Shown in pieces: positions 18,808-27,752 of a stretch of DNA of 64,000 nucleotides. Below the pieces are notes generated by a model. That model ran no database searches, was not told where the DNA came from, and saw only the letters and a list, made by a program, of their open reading frames with translations. Positions within the stretch are counted from its first letter, which is position 1; every line of letters begins with the position of its first letter. The translations under genes were made by a program, and so were the position numbers. Where the stretch lies: contig JACQVA010000158.1 of NCBI GenBank assembly GCA_016210005.1, forward strand, positions 75,180 through 139,179. Direction: 5' to 3'. The stretch comes from Deltaproteobacteria bacterium (GTDB lineage: Bacteria > Desulfobacterota > Binatia > HRBIN30 > JACQVA1).

Positions 18808-19290
18808 TTGTGGCAGATGGCATATGGCTGATCGTACGGACGACAGTTCGTGCGCTGGCTGGGTCTCCTCGGCGACTCTGTGTTTGCCTCCTCGCTGGAC
18901 CATCAGCCATCTGCGATCAGCGACATGCTCCGTCTGGCTTTGAGCTTTCAGCTTGTGGCTTGTAGCTCTCTCCGAGCGTGATGATGTACAAGTGATTCGC
19001 GCTCGCCCCGACCCAGGCGCGACCGTTCGGGAAGGTCGAGATATGATCGAGGGGCACCGGGAACCGCGCGACGGAGGTTGCGGTGGCCGCGTCTTCGATG
19101 ACCGTTTCCGGCCCCCGACGGAGCGCGCGAAAGGGGAAGCGCGACGGCCCGGCGGCAATGGCCTCGACGTGCGCCTCGCGGTCGCCCGTGCCCTGGATCA
19201 CGTTCCGCTCGCCGCTCGCCGCGTCCCAGACAGGCATCGTGTTGTCCAGAGGCGCGCTGACGATGGTGCGCCGTCAGCGCTCGGCGTCGA
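18808..19290. repeat. Direct repeat R7 (hairpin + core with ~15-bp insertion + diverged blade extension)
   Basis: ggcagatggcatatggctgatcg...gaccatcagccatctgcgatcagcgac hairpin; core 18960-19260. Confidence 0.8.
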
Positions 19291-19569
19291 CGGGCTGAGG
19301 TGCCACGGCAGCCCGAGCGGGTCGATCGCATCCTCAGTGGCGTTTGCATTGTCCACGAGGCCTCCCACGCCCTGAATACGCTCGTGGGCAGGGGTGGGAG
19401 GAAAAGCGAGGGCCGAGAACACATCGGCGGTGAGTACGGTGCGATCAGCGCCGGTGTCCACGAGGAACTCAGCCGCCAACCACAATCTGTCACGGGTAGC
19501 GACCTCGCCACGGATCACTGGCCGCTCGATGCCATCGTCGCAGAGCAACCATTCCCCGTTAACCCGCAT
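19198..19569 (-). CDS. Retropepsin-like (clan AA) aspartic protease
   Basis: LVDTGADRTVL = D-T/S-G-A active-site motif; C-terminal ~13 codons and stop lie inside repeat R7 (same stop position in all repeat copies). Confidence 0.5.
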   Translation of the reverse strand: MRVNGEWLLCDDGIERPVIRGEVATRDRLWLAAEFLVDTGADRTVLTADVFSALAFPPTPAHERIQGVGGLVDNANATEDAIDPLGLPWHLSPSTPSADGAPSSARLWTTRCLSGTRRAASGT

Positions 19570-19855
19570 AGATCCGGGCCACCTTCTCACGCGGGATGTA
19601 GCGAACGAAGCTGCCATCGTCGTCGGGATGCACCACCTTGGCTAATGCGCGGGCTTCTTGCGGTGTGTCCGCCACGAACAATTCTTCGCCCGCCACGCAA
19701 ATGTACTTCCCGCGATAGCGCGAATAGATCTCCGGAACATGCTCCTGCAGCCAAGCGGCGTTGCGATCGAAGCGCTCGCGTTGTGCCCGCGCTTTCGCAA
19801 GTTCCGCGGGGTCGGTGACCTCTTCCATCACGACCGAGCCATGATTGTCTGCCAT
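19559..19855 (-). CDS. Small protein, DUF5678-like partner of the aspartic protease
   Basis: MADNHGSVVMEEV...GKYICVAGEELFVADTPQEARALAKVVHPDD; overlaps the protease start by ~11 nt. Family assignment tentative. Confidence 0.35.
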   Translation of the reverse strand: MADNHGSVVMEEVTDPAELAKARAQRERFDRNAAWLQEHVPEIYSRYRGKYICVAGEELFVADTPQEARALAKVVHPDDDGSFVRYIPREKVARIYAG

Positions 19856-19880
19856 TGGACGCCCTTCTTCTTTTCGCATT

Positions 19881-20147
19881 CTACTGGCCGACCGTTATTG
19901 AAAGCAATCGCGCACATGATCGAGCGCCGCTTCCTCGCGAACGCCCCAGCGCAGGTCGATGGCCTGAAAGCGGCAGCCATGCCGTGCACACAGCTCCCGC
20001 AGACCTGCCCTGAGCGCAGTCGAACGGGCGCGGGAACACGTCGCGCTGCAAGGCGTCGCGCTCACGCTTGAGGTCCGTGAATGTCGAGCTGACGAAGACT
20101 CGAATGACAGGCCGGCGGCGGGGTTGTGCGTTGTCGTCTTCAATCAT
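19881..20147 (-). pseudogene. DUF4062 N-terminal fragment, internally frameshifted
   Basis: IRVFVSSTFTDLKRERDALQRDVFP in one frame (ORF 19881..20147) continues as LRELCARHGCRFQAIDLRWGVREEA in another (ORF 19895..20143); ~90 aa remnant only. Confidence 0.5.
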
Positions 20148-20327
20148 CGAGAGTCAGCCTCAAGCAGCGTTTGGACAACCTGCGTCCCGCCCGCGGCCCA
20201 GCACAGCCGCCACTGCGAGCTCGGCGGCGATGTGCGCGCCGGGCGAGTGGGAGGCGCAAATCCGCACTCCGCTTTGGGGCGTGTTCCGTTCTGCGCTCAT
20301 GATCTTGACTTCGAACGTCTTCTTGTT

Positions 20328-21557
20328 TCACTCCGCCCACAACGCTGACAACGGCACGAGCCACAGTTGATCGCCGGACGGTACAACCTGGTCACCCAAG
20401 TAAAGCACGATGCCGGCGGCGAACCGTTTGCGCAGTTGATCGCGCAAGGCGCGCAGCGCCGCGAAATCGGAGGCATCCACCGTGGCGCTGGCTTTGACTT
20501 CTACGGCGGCGATCGACCCGTCGGCCTTTTCCAGCACGACATCCACTTCCGAGCCGGTCGCCGTGCGAAAGTGGCACAGCGACGTTTGCGGATCCGTCCA
20601 GGAAATCTGCTTGTGGAGTTCGCCCACGACAAACGTCTCCAACATTCGCCCCAGCAAGGCGCGATCCTCGGTGAGCCGCCGGGCATTCGCGCCGAGGAGG
20701 TGGCAGGCCAAGCCGGTGTCCACCAGATGTAGTTTGGGCGCTTTGACCAGACGCTTGCCGAGGTTCGGCGACCACGCCGGCAGCCGATGAACCAGGAACA
20801 CCGTTTCCAGCAGCGACAGGTAGCGCGTCAGCGAGGTGTGCGGCAAGCGGGCGTCGCGACCCACGTCGGCGAGGTTCAGCAAGCCAGCGGCCCGGGCCGC
20901 CAGCAGCTTGAGCAGATTCGGCAGCGCGTGTAACGCGTCCACCCGCGCCAGATCGCGCACGTCTCGTTGCAGAATCGTGGAGATGTAGGACGCGAACCAC
21001 GCCGCCCGGCGTCCTTCATCTTTGCGCGCGACTGCTTCCGGGTAACCGCCGCGAGCCAATCGGACCGCAAGCTCATTCTTTGCGGAAACCAATTTCGCCT
21101 TGCCGACCGTGCCATCGAACAGGCGCTTCAAGAAGCCCTCGCGTTTGCCTGCGATTTCTCCCACCGAAAACGGAAACAAGGGAACGACCTCCATCCGCCC
21201 GGCCAGCGATTCCGACAACCGTGGCAGCGTCATCACATTGGCCGAACCAGTCAGCAGGAAGCGACCGGGCCGGCGGTTCTTGTCCACCGCGAGTTTGATG
21301 GCGGGAAACAGATCGGGGGCTTTCTGAATTTCATCGACAACGACCGGGCCAGACACGTTGCGAATGAACCCGGCCGGATCGCCGGCCGCCAACGCCAGCG
21401 TGGCGGCATCGTCGAAGGTGAAGTATTGCGCCCCGGTCTCTTCCGCGATCGCGCGGACCAGCGTGGTCTTCCCGGTCTGCCGCGCGCCGTTGAGCAGCAC
21501 CACCGGCGTGTCGGCCAACGCCTGCCGAATCGAGCCTTCGATGCTCCGCCGAATCAC
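20328..21557 (-). CDS. AAA+ ATPase with C-terminal DUF4143 (COG1373 family)
   Basis: 409 aa, Walker A GARQTGKTT, typical AAA_14 + DUF4143 architecture. Confidence 0.8.
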   Translation of the reverse strand: MIRRSIEGSIRQALADTPVVLLNGARQTGKTTLVRAIAEETGAQYFTFDDAATLALAAGDPAGFIRNVSGPVVVDEIQKAPDLFPAIKLAVDKNRRPGRFLLTGSANVMTLPRLSESLAGRMEVVPLFPFSVGEIAGKREGFLKRLFDGTVGKAKLVSAKNELAVRLARGGYPEAVARKDEGRRAAWFASYISTILQRDVRDLARVDALHALPNLLKLLAARAAGLLNLADVGRDARLPHTSLTRYLSLLETVFLVHRLPAWSPNLGKRLVKAPKLHLVDTGLACHLLGANARRLTEDRALLGRMLETFVVGELHKQISWTDPQTSLCHFRTATGSEVDVVLEKADGSIAAVEVKASATVDASDFAALRALRDQLRKRFAAGIVLYLGDQVVPSGDQLWLVPLSALWAE

Positions 21558-21639
21558 GGGGAGATATTCACCGGTTCGTGGTGAATTTGCAAGGCTTCAA
21601 AATACTCCCGAAGCCCGCCTCAGACCGACGGAAGGAGCA

Positions 21640-21760
21640 TCTTCTCGCTGATGGCTGATGGCCGATGGCAGGTCCCCCAATCAAGAGCGATAGCTCGGTG
21701 GTCGGCCCTCCACTGACCATCAGCCATCTGCGATCGGCCGTCTGCAAGCGGCCCGAGATC
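21640..21760. repeat. Solo copy of the repeat hairpin (R8), without the canonical core
   Basis: gctgatggctgatggccgatggcag...ctgaccatcagccatctgcgatcgg: inverted arms gatggctgatgg / ccatcagccatc ~60 bp apart. Confidence 0.6.
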
Positions 21761-21931
21761 ACTCGATAGTTCCGAAAATCGTCGAGGGGCGCAATCAAAT
21801 CAGATTGGCCGGTAGCGTGTCTGGCTTTGGACTTTTGAGTTTGCACTTTGGGCAGCGGGCGTAGCCCGCGCTGAGTTGCAGGTACGCGAGGACCGGGGCC
21901 TTTGCATTCTCATGCGTGTCCCCCTCGCGTG

Positions 21932-24900
21932 TCAGGACCGTTTTGGCACCAGGCGCAACCTATCCCTGGCACTGCTTTTTCGCCGTGATTGTGTGGCAGT
22001 GCCGCTGCGTCCCAGCACCTCCTCCATCCGAGCACGAATCGCGGCAGTATTATGGCCGAGTGCCGCCAGGCAGGCCTCATAATTTCCTATGGAATCTCGC
22101 AAGTTCCGATGCTCACCACCCATAGACTTGCTTATTGCCAAGTGCCCCTCCAGTGCGCGGCGGTAGAGTGGCTCCGCTGCTGCATAATCTCCTTTGCTTA
22201 CAAGTACGAACCCCAAGTTGTTCACGCTCTTTAAGGTCTCGGGATGCTCGGCTCCCAGCACCCTGTCCATTGCACCGAGTGCCCGGCAGAAGAGCGGCTC
22301 TGCCCTCGCGTAGTCCCCATTGCCAGCTAGCAGTCCCGCCAAGTCGCTCACGCTCACCAGAGTGTCACGATGCTCGGCTCCCAGCACCCGCTCCCTCCCC
22401 TTAAGAGCACCCCGCAAGAGCAGTTCCGCCTCCGCATAGCCCCCCTTGCGTTGAAGCAGTCCCGCGAGGTTTCTCATTGTCTCCAAGGTGTCTGGATGCT
22501 CGCTCCCCAGGATCCGCTCCGTCGCATTGAGCGCGCGCCGGTAGAGCGGCTCGGCTTCCGCGTAGTCCCCCTTTTTTGCGAGCAGTCCCGCGAGGATGCG
22601 CACTGTTTCCAAGGTGTTTGGATGCTCGATCCCCAGGATCCGCTCCGTCGCATTGAGCGCGCGCCGGTAGAGCGGCTCGGCTTCCGCGTAGTCCGCCTTC
22701 TCCGCCAGCAGCCCCGCTAGATGGCTCAGGCTCCTTAGGGTGTCGGGATGTTCTCCCAGAACCCGTTCCCTCCCCTTGAGAGCACGCCGGTAGAGCAGTT
22801 CCGCCTCTGCGTAGCCCGCCTTCTTCGTCAGTAGCACCGCTAGGTTGTTGACACAGGTCAAGGTGAGGGGATGATCGAGCCCCAGCAGCCCCTCCATCGC
22901 TTCGAGCGCGCGCCGGTATTGCGCTTCAGCCCCCAGGAAGTCCCCTTTGCTTGACAGCAATGCCGCCAGATTGTTCAGGCTCGTCAAGGTATTGGAATCG
23001 TCGGTGCCCGAAACCCGCTCACTTGCCGCGAGCGCGCGCCGGAAAAGTGCCTCGGCCTCGGCGTACTGTCCCGAGTCGTTATGGAATACAGCCGCTTCGT
23101 TGAGAACATACGCCAGCCGGTCCGGCGGAAGGTTGGGCTCCGCCTCGGCGACGGTATGGCGGTACACTTCCAACGGGTCGTAGCGTTCGCTGAGCGCCAA
23201 CCAAAGCCCGTGCAGCTCCCATTTCCAGCGCTCGGTGGAGCGCAGTCGGAGGAAGGTCGGCAGGTCGGCCAGCAGGTCCTTCAGCCGCTCCCACTCAGCA
23301 GTATCCCGCAGCAGCGCCGGCAGTTCGTCGAGCTTGCGGTTGGTGGGTTCGGTCATCGCCGCGAAATACCCGGCCAGTTGCAGGCGGAACTGCCGCACAG
23401 TGTCCGCTTCCTCAAGCCAGCGGTTGTGCACCGCCGCGCGCAGGTAGTCGTGGCCGAAGTTGAGCAGCCCGGCGCGCACGGCCAGGGCGTTCTCGGCGGC
23501 GAGGTGCAAGGGTGTCCACGGACGGCGAGGCAACGGCTCGCCGCCGTTGCCGAGCAGGTCCAGCAGCTCCGGTTCCGACAGCCCGAAGCGGGCGCAGGCG
23601 ATGAGGCAGAGGCTGCAGCGCACGAGGTCGGGATGCTCGGGGTCGCGCCCGAAGTCTTCGTGCCAGCGGGTGAGAATGCGGTCGAAGAGTGTTGGAAGGC
23701 CGGGGCGGAGAGATACCAGGCGGTGCGCTCGGCCAGGCGCCGGTGTTCGCCGAACTGGCGCAGCTCGTCGAGCACCGCGCGCAGGAAGAGGGCGTTGCAC
23801 GCCGCCGAGGTGGACTCGAGCTGGGCGAGGATCTCCTCCGGTAACTTCTTGCTGAAGACCGCAAAGTAGGCCGTGGCCGCCGGCGCGATGTCGGCGCGGC
23901 CGAAGAGCGGCACGGCCAGCTCCGGCCAGCCGCGTTTCTTCAGGGCTTCGAGGCTCTCGCCCGGCAGCGACGACACGAACAGACACACATTGCGCGGCAC
24001 CACGACCGGCAGCCAGCCGAGCTGGCGGGCGGCGGCATCGTCGCCGGAGAGCTGGTTGAGCGCATCCAGAACGAGCACGATGCGGCGTGAGCCAGCCGTC
24101 TTGACGAACCAGTCGTTGAGAGCTGTCCGCAGCGCGTCGGCCTGGATCGGTATCTCATCTGCAATGCCGAAGGCGCGCCTCAGCTCGCCGAGGATGCGAC
24201 GGACGATCCCCTGCCAGTCGGCGCTTTCCACCGTGCTGCCGATGTAGTGCTGGATGACGAGGTCGTCGGGGTGCTGCTCGCGCCAACGCGCCACCCACTC
24301 GGCCAGCAGCGCCGACTTGCCGCAGCCCGACTCGCCGGTAACGACTAGCGGTTCGGCAGACTGTTGAGGAACCCCACCCGATGCTTCGACAGGCTCAAGC
24401 ATGAGCGGAACCCCTTCCCGAGATCGCAGCCGCCGCATGCTCATCGATGCGGCGGAGCAGATCCTCGCGCCCGACGAAGGCGAGCCGGCGGCTCTGCGCA
24501 TACGCTTCGTGGCGCGCCGCCTCCTGATCCAGCGGGTCCGGCACCTGCTCCGCCGGATAGAGCGCGTCGATGATGGCGGTGAAGTCGGCCAGCACCAACT
24601 CGCCCAGCGCCTCGGGATTGGGGTAGTTCTCGCGCACTCGGGATTCGCTTGTTTGGAGTTCCGCGTTTACGCGGCCCGAACCGCCTGAAGGCGGAACTCC
24701 GAACCGGGCGCGGATGGCGTCTTTGAGTTGGCGCAGTTTCTCCCGACTTTCGCCATTCTCGGAGACGAAGTCCCCGCGTTTCTCTGCCGGCACGGTGTCC
24801 ACGAAAGCCGGATCGCGGAAGTAGAACAGCGAGCGGTCGGCCATCGCGGGGTTGCGCAACACACCGTGTAGGATCTCCAGCTCCGTCACTGAATGCTTGA

Positions 24901-25249
24901 GATGCTCCCGCAGCCACGGCTGCGATTCGAGCAGGTCGGCGGGAATTGACTGCGGCACCCAGCCGTAGCGTTCGCCGAGCAGGCCGATGAAGTAAGGACG
25001 GCAGCGTTCGATCTCCGCCAGGCAGAGCGGCAGCACCTTGCCCTCGGCCGTCTCCTCGTCAGTGATCCCCCAGCGCAGGTCCACCTCCGTCCACGACACC
25101 GCGCGCTCTTCGCACAGCTTGCGCAGCTGCGGGAAGATTTTCTTGATGAGAATGTCCCGCTCCGCCTGCATGTCGCGGAAGGTGGAGGAGACAAAGACGC
25201 GGATGACGCGTGGTTGAGTCACCGCACTCGGCTTCGGTTGTTCAGCCAT
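21932..25249 (-). pseudogene. DUF4062 - NACHT-like P-loop NTPase - TPR repeat protein, disrupted by at least two frameshifts
   Basis: Three consecutive minus-strand ORFs in different frames: 24395..25249 (DUF4062, VIRVFVSSTFRDMQAERD...FVGREDLLRRIDEH), 23353..24501 (Walker A LVVTGESGCGKSALL, Walker B IVLVLDALNQ) and 21932..23986 (>=8 TPR units). Frame switches at ~24400-24500 and ~23690-23720. Confidence 0.6.
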
Positions 25250-25365
25250 TGTTGAGGTGGTGGAGCGTCAGCGGGACCAGGTGCAACGGCGTGTCAGGTG
25301 CTAGACACGCCGATCGAATGGATGTGGGCTTGTCGTCCGGTCCCATGTGCTCGACGCACTCGTGT

Positions 25366-25578
25366 TCAGGCCGCGGCTCCGCGGCCACCCGCGGGAACGT
25401 CTTGAACAAGGTAGTCGAGTATCTCGCCTTGCATGCGCTCGATCTCCAGCCGGTACCCGGAACTCAGCGCCGCCCACTCCTCCGGCCGCGCGGTCTTGCG
25501 CAGTGCTTCGAGAAGCTTCTCCAAGCGTGCAACCCGTTCGCGGGCTACCGCCAGCTCCTGATCGTCACGGATCATCGT
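25366..25578 (-). CDS. Small alpha-helical protein downstream of the nucleotidyltransferase (possible partner)
   Basis: MIRDDQELAVARERVARLEKLLEALRK...; ~4-nt overlap with the upstream gene; no HEPN Rx4-6H motif seen. Confidence 0.3.
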   Translation of the reverse strand, partial: TMIRDDQELAVARERVARLEKLLEALRKTARPEEWAALSSGYRLEIERMQGEILDYLVQDVPAGGRGAAA

Positions 25579-26009
25579 CGTACCTCCACTATGCCGCGTT
25601 TGGTGCCGTCTCGCTTCGTTTGCCACGTGTCGAAGAACTCTTGCTCGATATCCGCGGGCAGCATCCCCTCGCGCAGCCAGAAGATACTGGCACCAAAGCG
25701 CGCCTCTGCGTCAGCGTGCGAGAACAAGGTCTGAGACTCGCGCGGGGCTGCCTCGTGTTTGAAGTCCGCCGCCATCACCAGAATCACATCCACGTCGCGC
25801 GGATTCGGCGCAGCCGACACGAAGCTTCCGAAGATCAGGAAGCGCGAAAGCTTCCCGGTGCGTTGCGCGAGATCGTGTAAGAGCCTGAGCTTGGCCAGTG
25901 CGCGCTGCCGCGCTTCAGAGCCGGTGCCGAATCGCTGCATCAGCTCAGCCCAGTTGGCTGGGTGCATGCCGGTGGGCAGGTCCCCGTTCTGATTCAGCGG
26001 CGGAAGCAT
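25572..26009 (-). CDS. Minimal nucleotidyltransferase-fold protein (Pol-beta superfamily, MNT-like)
   Basis: FLIFGSFVSAAPNPRDVDVILVM fits the hG[GS]-x(9-13)-DhD NTase motif. Confidence 0.5.
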   Translation of the reverse strand: MLPPLNQNGDLPTGMHPANWAELMQRFGTGSEARQRALAKLRLLHDLAQRTGKLSRFLIFGSFVSAAPNPRDVDVILVMAADFKHEAAPRESQTLFSHADAEARFGASIFWLREGMLPADIEQEFFDTWQTKRDGTKRGIVEVRR

Positions 26010-26028
26010 CGCTGCTCTTGTATATCAC

Positions 26029-26340
26029 TTACGGCACCAAGCATGCGATCTCTCTCCGCAAGGACGGGATGCGTTCGGGCACATCGTCGTGGCGCTCGCC
26101 GATGAAGTAGGGGTGGCAGCGCGCGACCTCCTCCAGGCAGATCCGCATGGTGCGGTTGTCCTTGCCGGCTTCCTCCGGCACGCCCCAGCGCAGGTCGATG
26201 GCCTGGAAGCGCAGGCCGTTGGACAGACAGAGCTGCCGCAGTTTTGGAAAGACGTCGCGCTGCAGCAAGTCACGCTCGGCCTTCATGTCCGAGAACGTCG
26301 AACTGACGAACAGGCGGATGGTGCGCGTCACTTGCGTCAT
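26029..26340 (-). pseudogene. DUF4062 N-terminal fragment (~100 aa), truncated
   Basis: MTQVTRTIRLFVSSTFSDMKAERDLLQRDVFPKLRQLCLSNGLRFQAIDLRWGVPEEAGKD...YFIGE then premature end, compared with the full domain at 24395-25249. Confidence 0.5.
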
Positions 26341-26732
26341 GGCCTTGCCCGTCCATCGGGCACACGGAGTGTGCTTCATGTCGCCGCCGAATGTCCAGAG
26401 GGACGAAATGGCCGGTGGACCGCGGTTCAGTCCGGGAGTTCGAAGGTGCCCAGCGCCTCGGCGGCCGTTCGCATCCGCCGATCGCAGGTGATCAGCACAC
26501 GCGTCGCGTGGGCGGCGGCAAGGGAGAGGTGCAATGCGTCCGCCGCGCACCGTGCAACGCGTCAACCGAGTCCGAGCAGCACGCGTTCCGCCTCGCGATG
26601 AACGCTCGCGGTCAGCTCGGCAAAACGTGAGTGACCTTGTGGGATGCTCAGGGGTGCCGAGAAGTCGATCGGGCTTGAGGTAGGAAGATAGGTGGGATTC
26701 TCCTGCGGGAGGTTCAACGTGTCGCGGGCGGC

Positions 26733-27752
26733 GTGAGTCGGAGCGCGATTTTCGACCAGGCTCCTGCTCACTGGCTACGCGAGCGCCGGCAGGTGGATCT
26801 CGAACAATCGAAGTCGCCCGCCTTCTTGCTGCAAGGTGTCATCATCCCTTCCCTTTTCGGCCCATCGCGGCTAACGTGCCGCGCCGTGCGAAGACTGCAC
26901 CCAGAACAAACGGTGGCGTTGATTCATCGCCTGTTGGCGATGACCTTCGCCGTTGTCGGTCTGCTCTTTGTCGCCGCGCCCAACGCGACGGTGCGGGCCA
27001 TCAATGCGCTGGGGTCGATCTTTCGCGTCTTCCCACCGGCACCGGAATCGGAGCTGCGTTTCTGGCTCAGCCTGGGTTTCGCTTACATGGTGCTGGTCAC
27101 GCTGTTGGCCTGGCGCATCGCCGGCGACCCGCGGGGGCAGCGCGCGCTGATGCCGTTGCTCGCCGCCGGTAAGTTCGCCTCGTCGTTCACGTGCCTGTGC
27201 TTCTTCCTGTTGCAGCAGGCGACGTTTCTCTATCTGCTCAACTTCCTCGTCGACGGCTCGATCGTTGTGCTCGTGCTCGGCTGCTACCTCTGGCTCGGCA
27301 TGGCGGAACAAACGGCGCAAGCGGCGGTCTTGCCGGCGGGACGGGTTGCCGAGCTGCTGCGGTTACTGCTCGGCACCATGGTGCCCGACGGCGCAGCCGT
27401 ACCCCGGTTGGAACAAGCAGTGTGGCGGTATTTCACCCGGCTCCACCCGCTGGGCGGCACCGCCTTGAGCGCGATCTTGTACCTGCTCGAATTCGCCCCG
27501 TACCTGTTCGGGCCGCGCCGGCGCCGCTTCTCCGCGCTCAGCGCGCCGGAACGCGAAGCCTATCTCAGCGGCTGGGAAACCTCGCGCCTGGCGCTGCGGC
27601 GCCAGCTCATCAACGGGATCAAGCTCGCCGTCATGCTGCACTACTACGATTCGCCCGCGGCCTGTGCCGCCATCGGCTACGACGGCGCCTATCTACGCGA
27701 CAAGCTGCTGGCCGGGCCGAACGCGGAATTCCACCGGGCGCGATTGGCATGA
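26733..27752 (+). CDS. Hypothetical polytopic membrane protein
   Basis: Multiple hydrophobic segments; true start may be internal (~26940); ends overlapping the GMC oxidoreductase start. Confidence 0.4.
   Translation: MSRSAIFDQAPAHWLRERRQVDLEQSKSPAFLLQGVIIPSLFGPSRLTCRAVRRLHPEQTVALIHRLLAMTFAVVGLLFVAAPNATVRAINALGSIFRVFPPAPESELRFWLSLGFAYMVLVTLLAWRIAGDPRGQRALMPLLAAGKFASSFTCLCFFLLQQATFLYLLNFLVDGSIVVLVLGCYLWLGMAEQTAQAAVLPAGRVAELLRLLLGTMVPDGAAVPRLEQAVWRYFTRLHPLGGTALSAILYLLEFAPYLFGPRRRRFSALSAPEREAYLSGWETSRLALRRQLINGIKLAVMLHYYDSPAACAAIGYDGAYLRDKLLAGPNAEFHRARLA

Noticed and set aside
10617-19158. Repeated minus-strand ORFs beginning MPPGRRASPFARSV... and plus-strand ORFs GATVREGRDVIEGHREPRDGG...
   Set aside because: These are alternative frames of the same repeat element; their recurrence reflects nucleotide repetition, not a gene family.
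10600-19300. Possible CRISPR array suggested by regularly spaced repeats
   Set aside because: Repeat units are 230-470 bp, not 25-40 bp, the intervening segments are 0.7-2.2 kb of protein-coding cassettes, and no cas genes are present. Not CRISPR.
27191-27748. N-terminal 186-codon extension of the GMC oxidoreductase ORF
   Set aside because: Extension is Arg/Ala-rich and overlaps the membrane-protein gene in another frame; the conserved FAD-binding N-terminus starts at ATG 27749.
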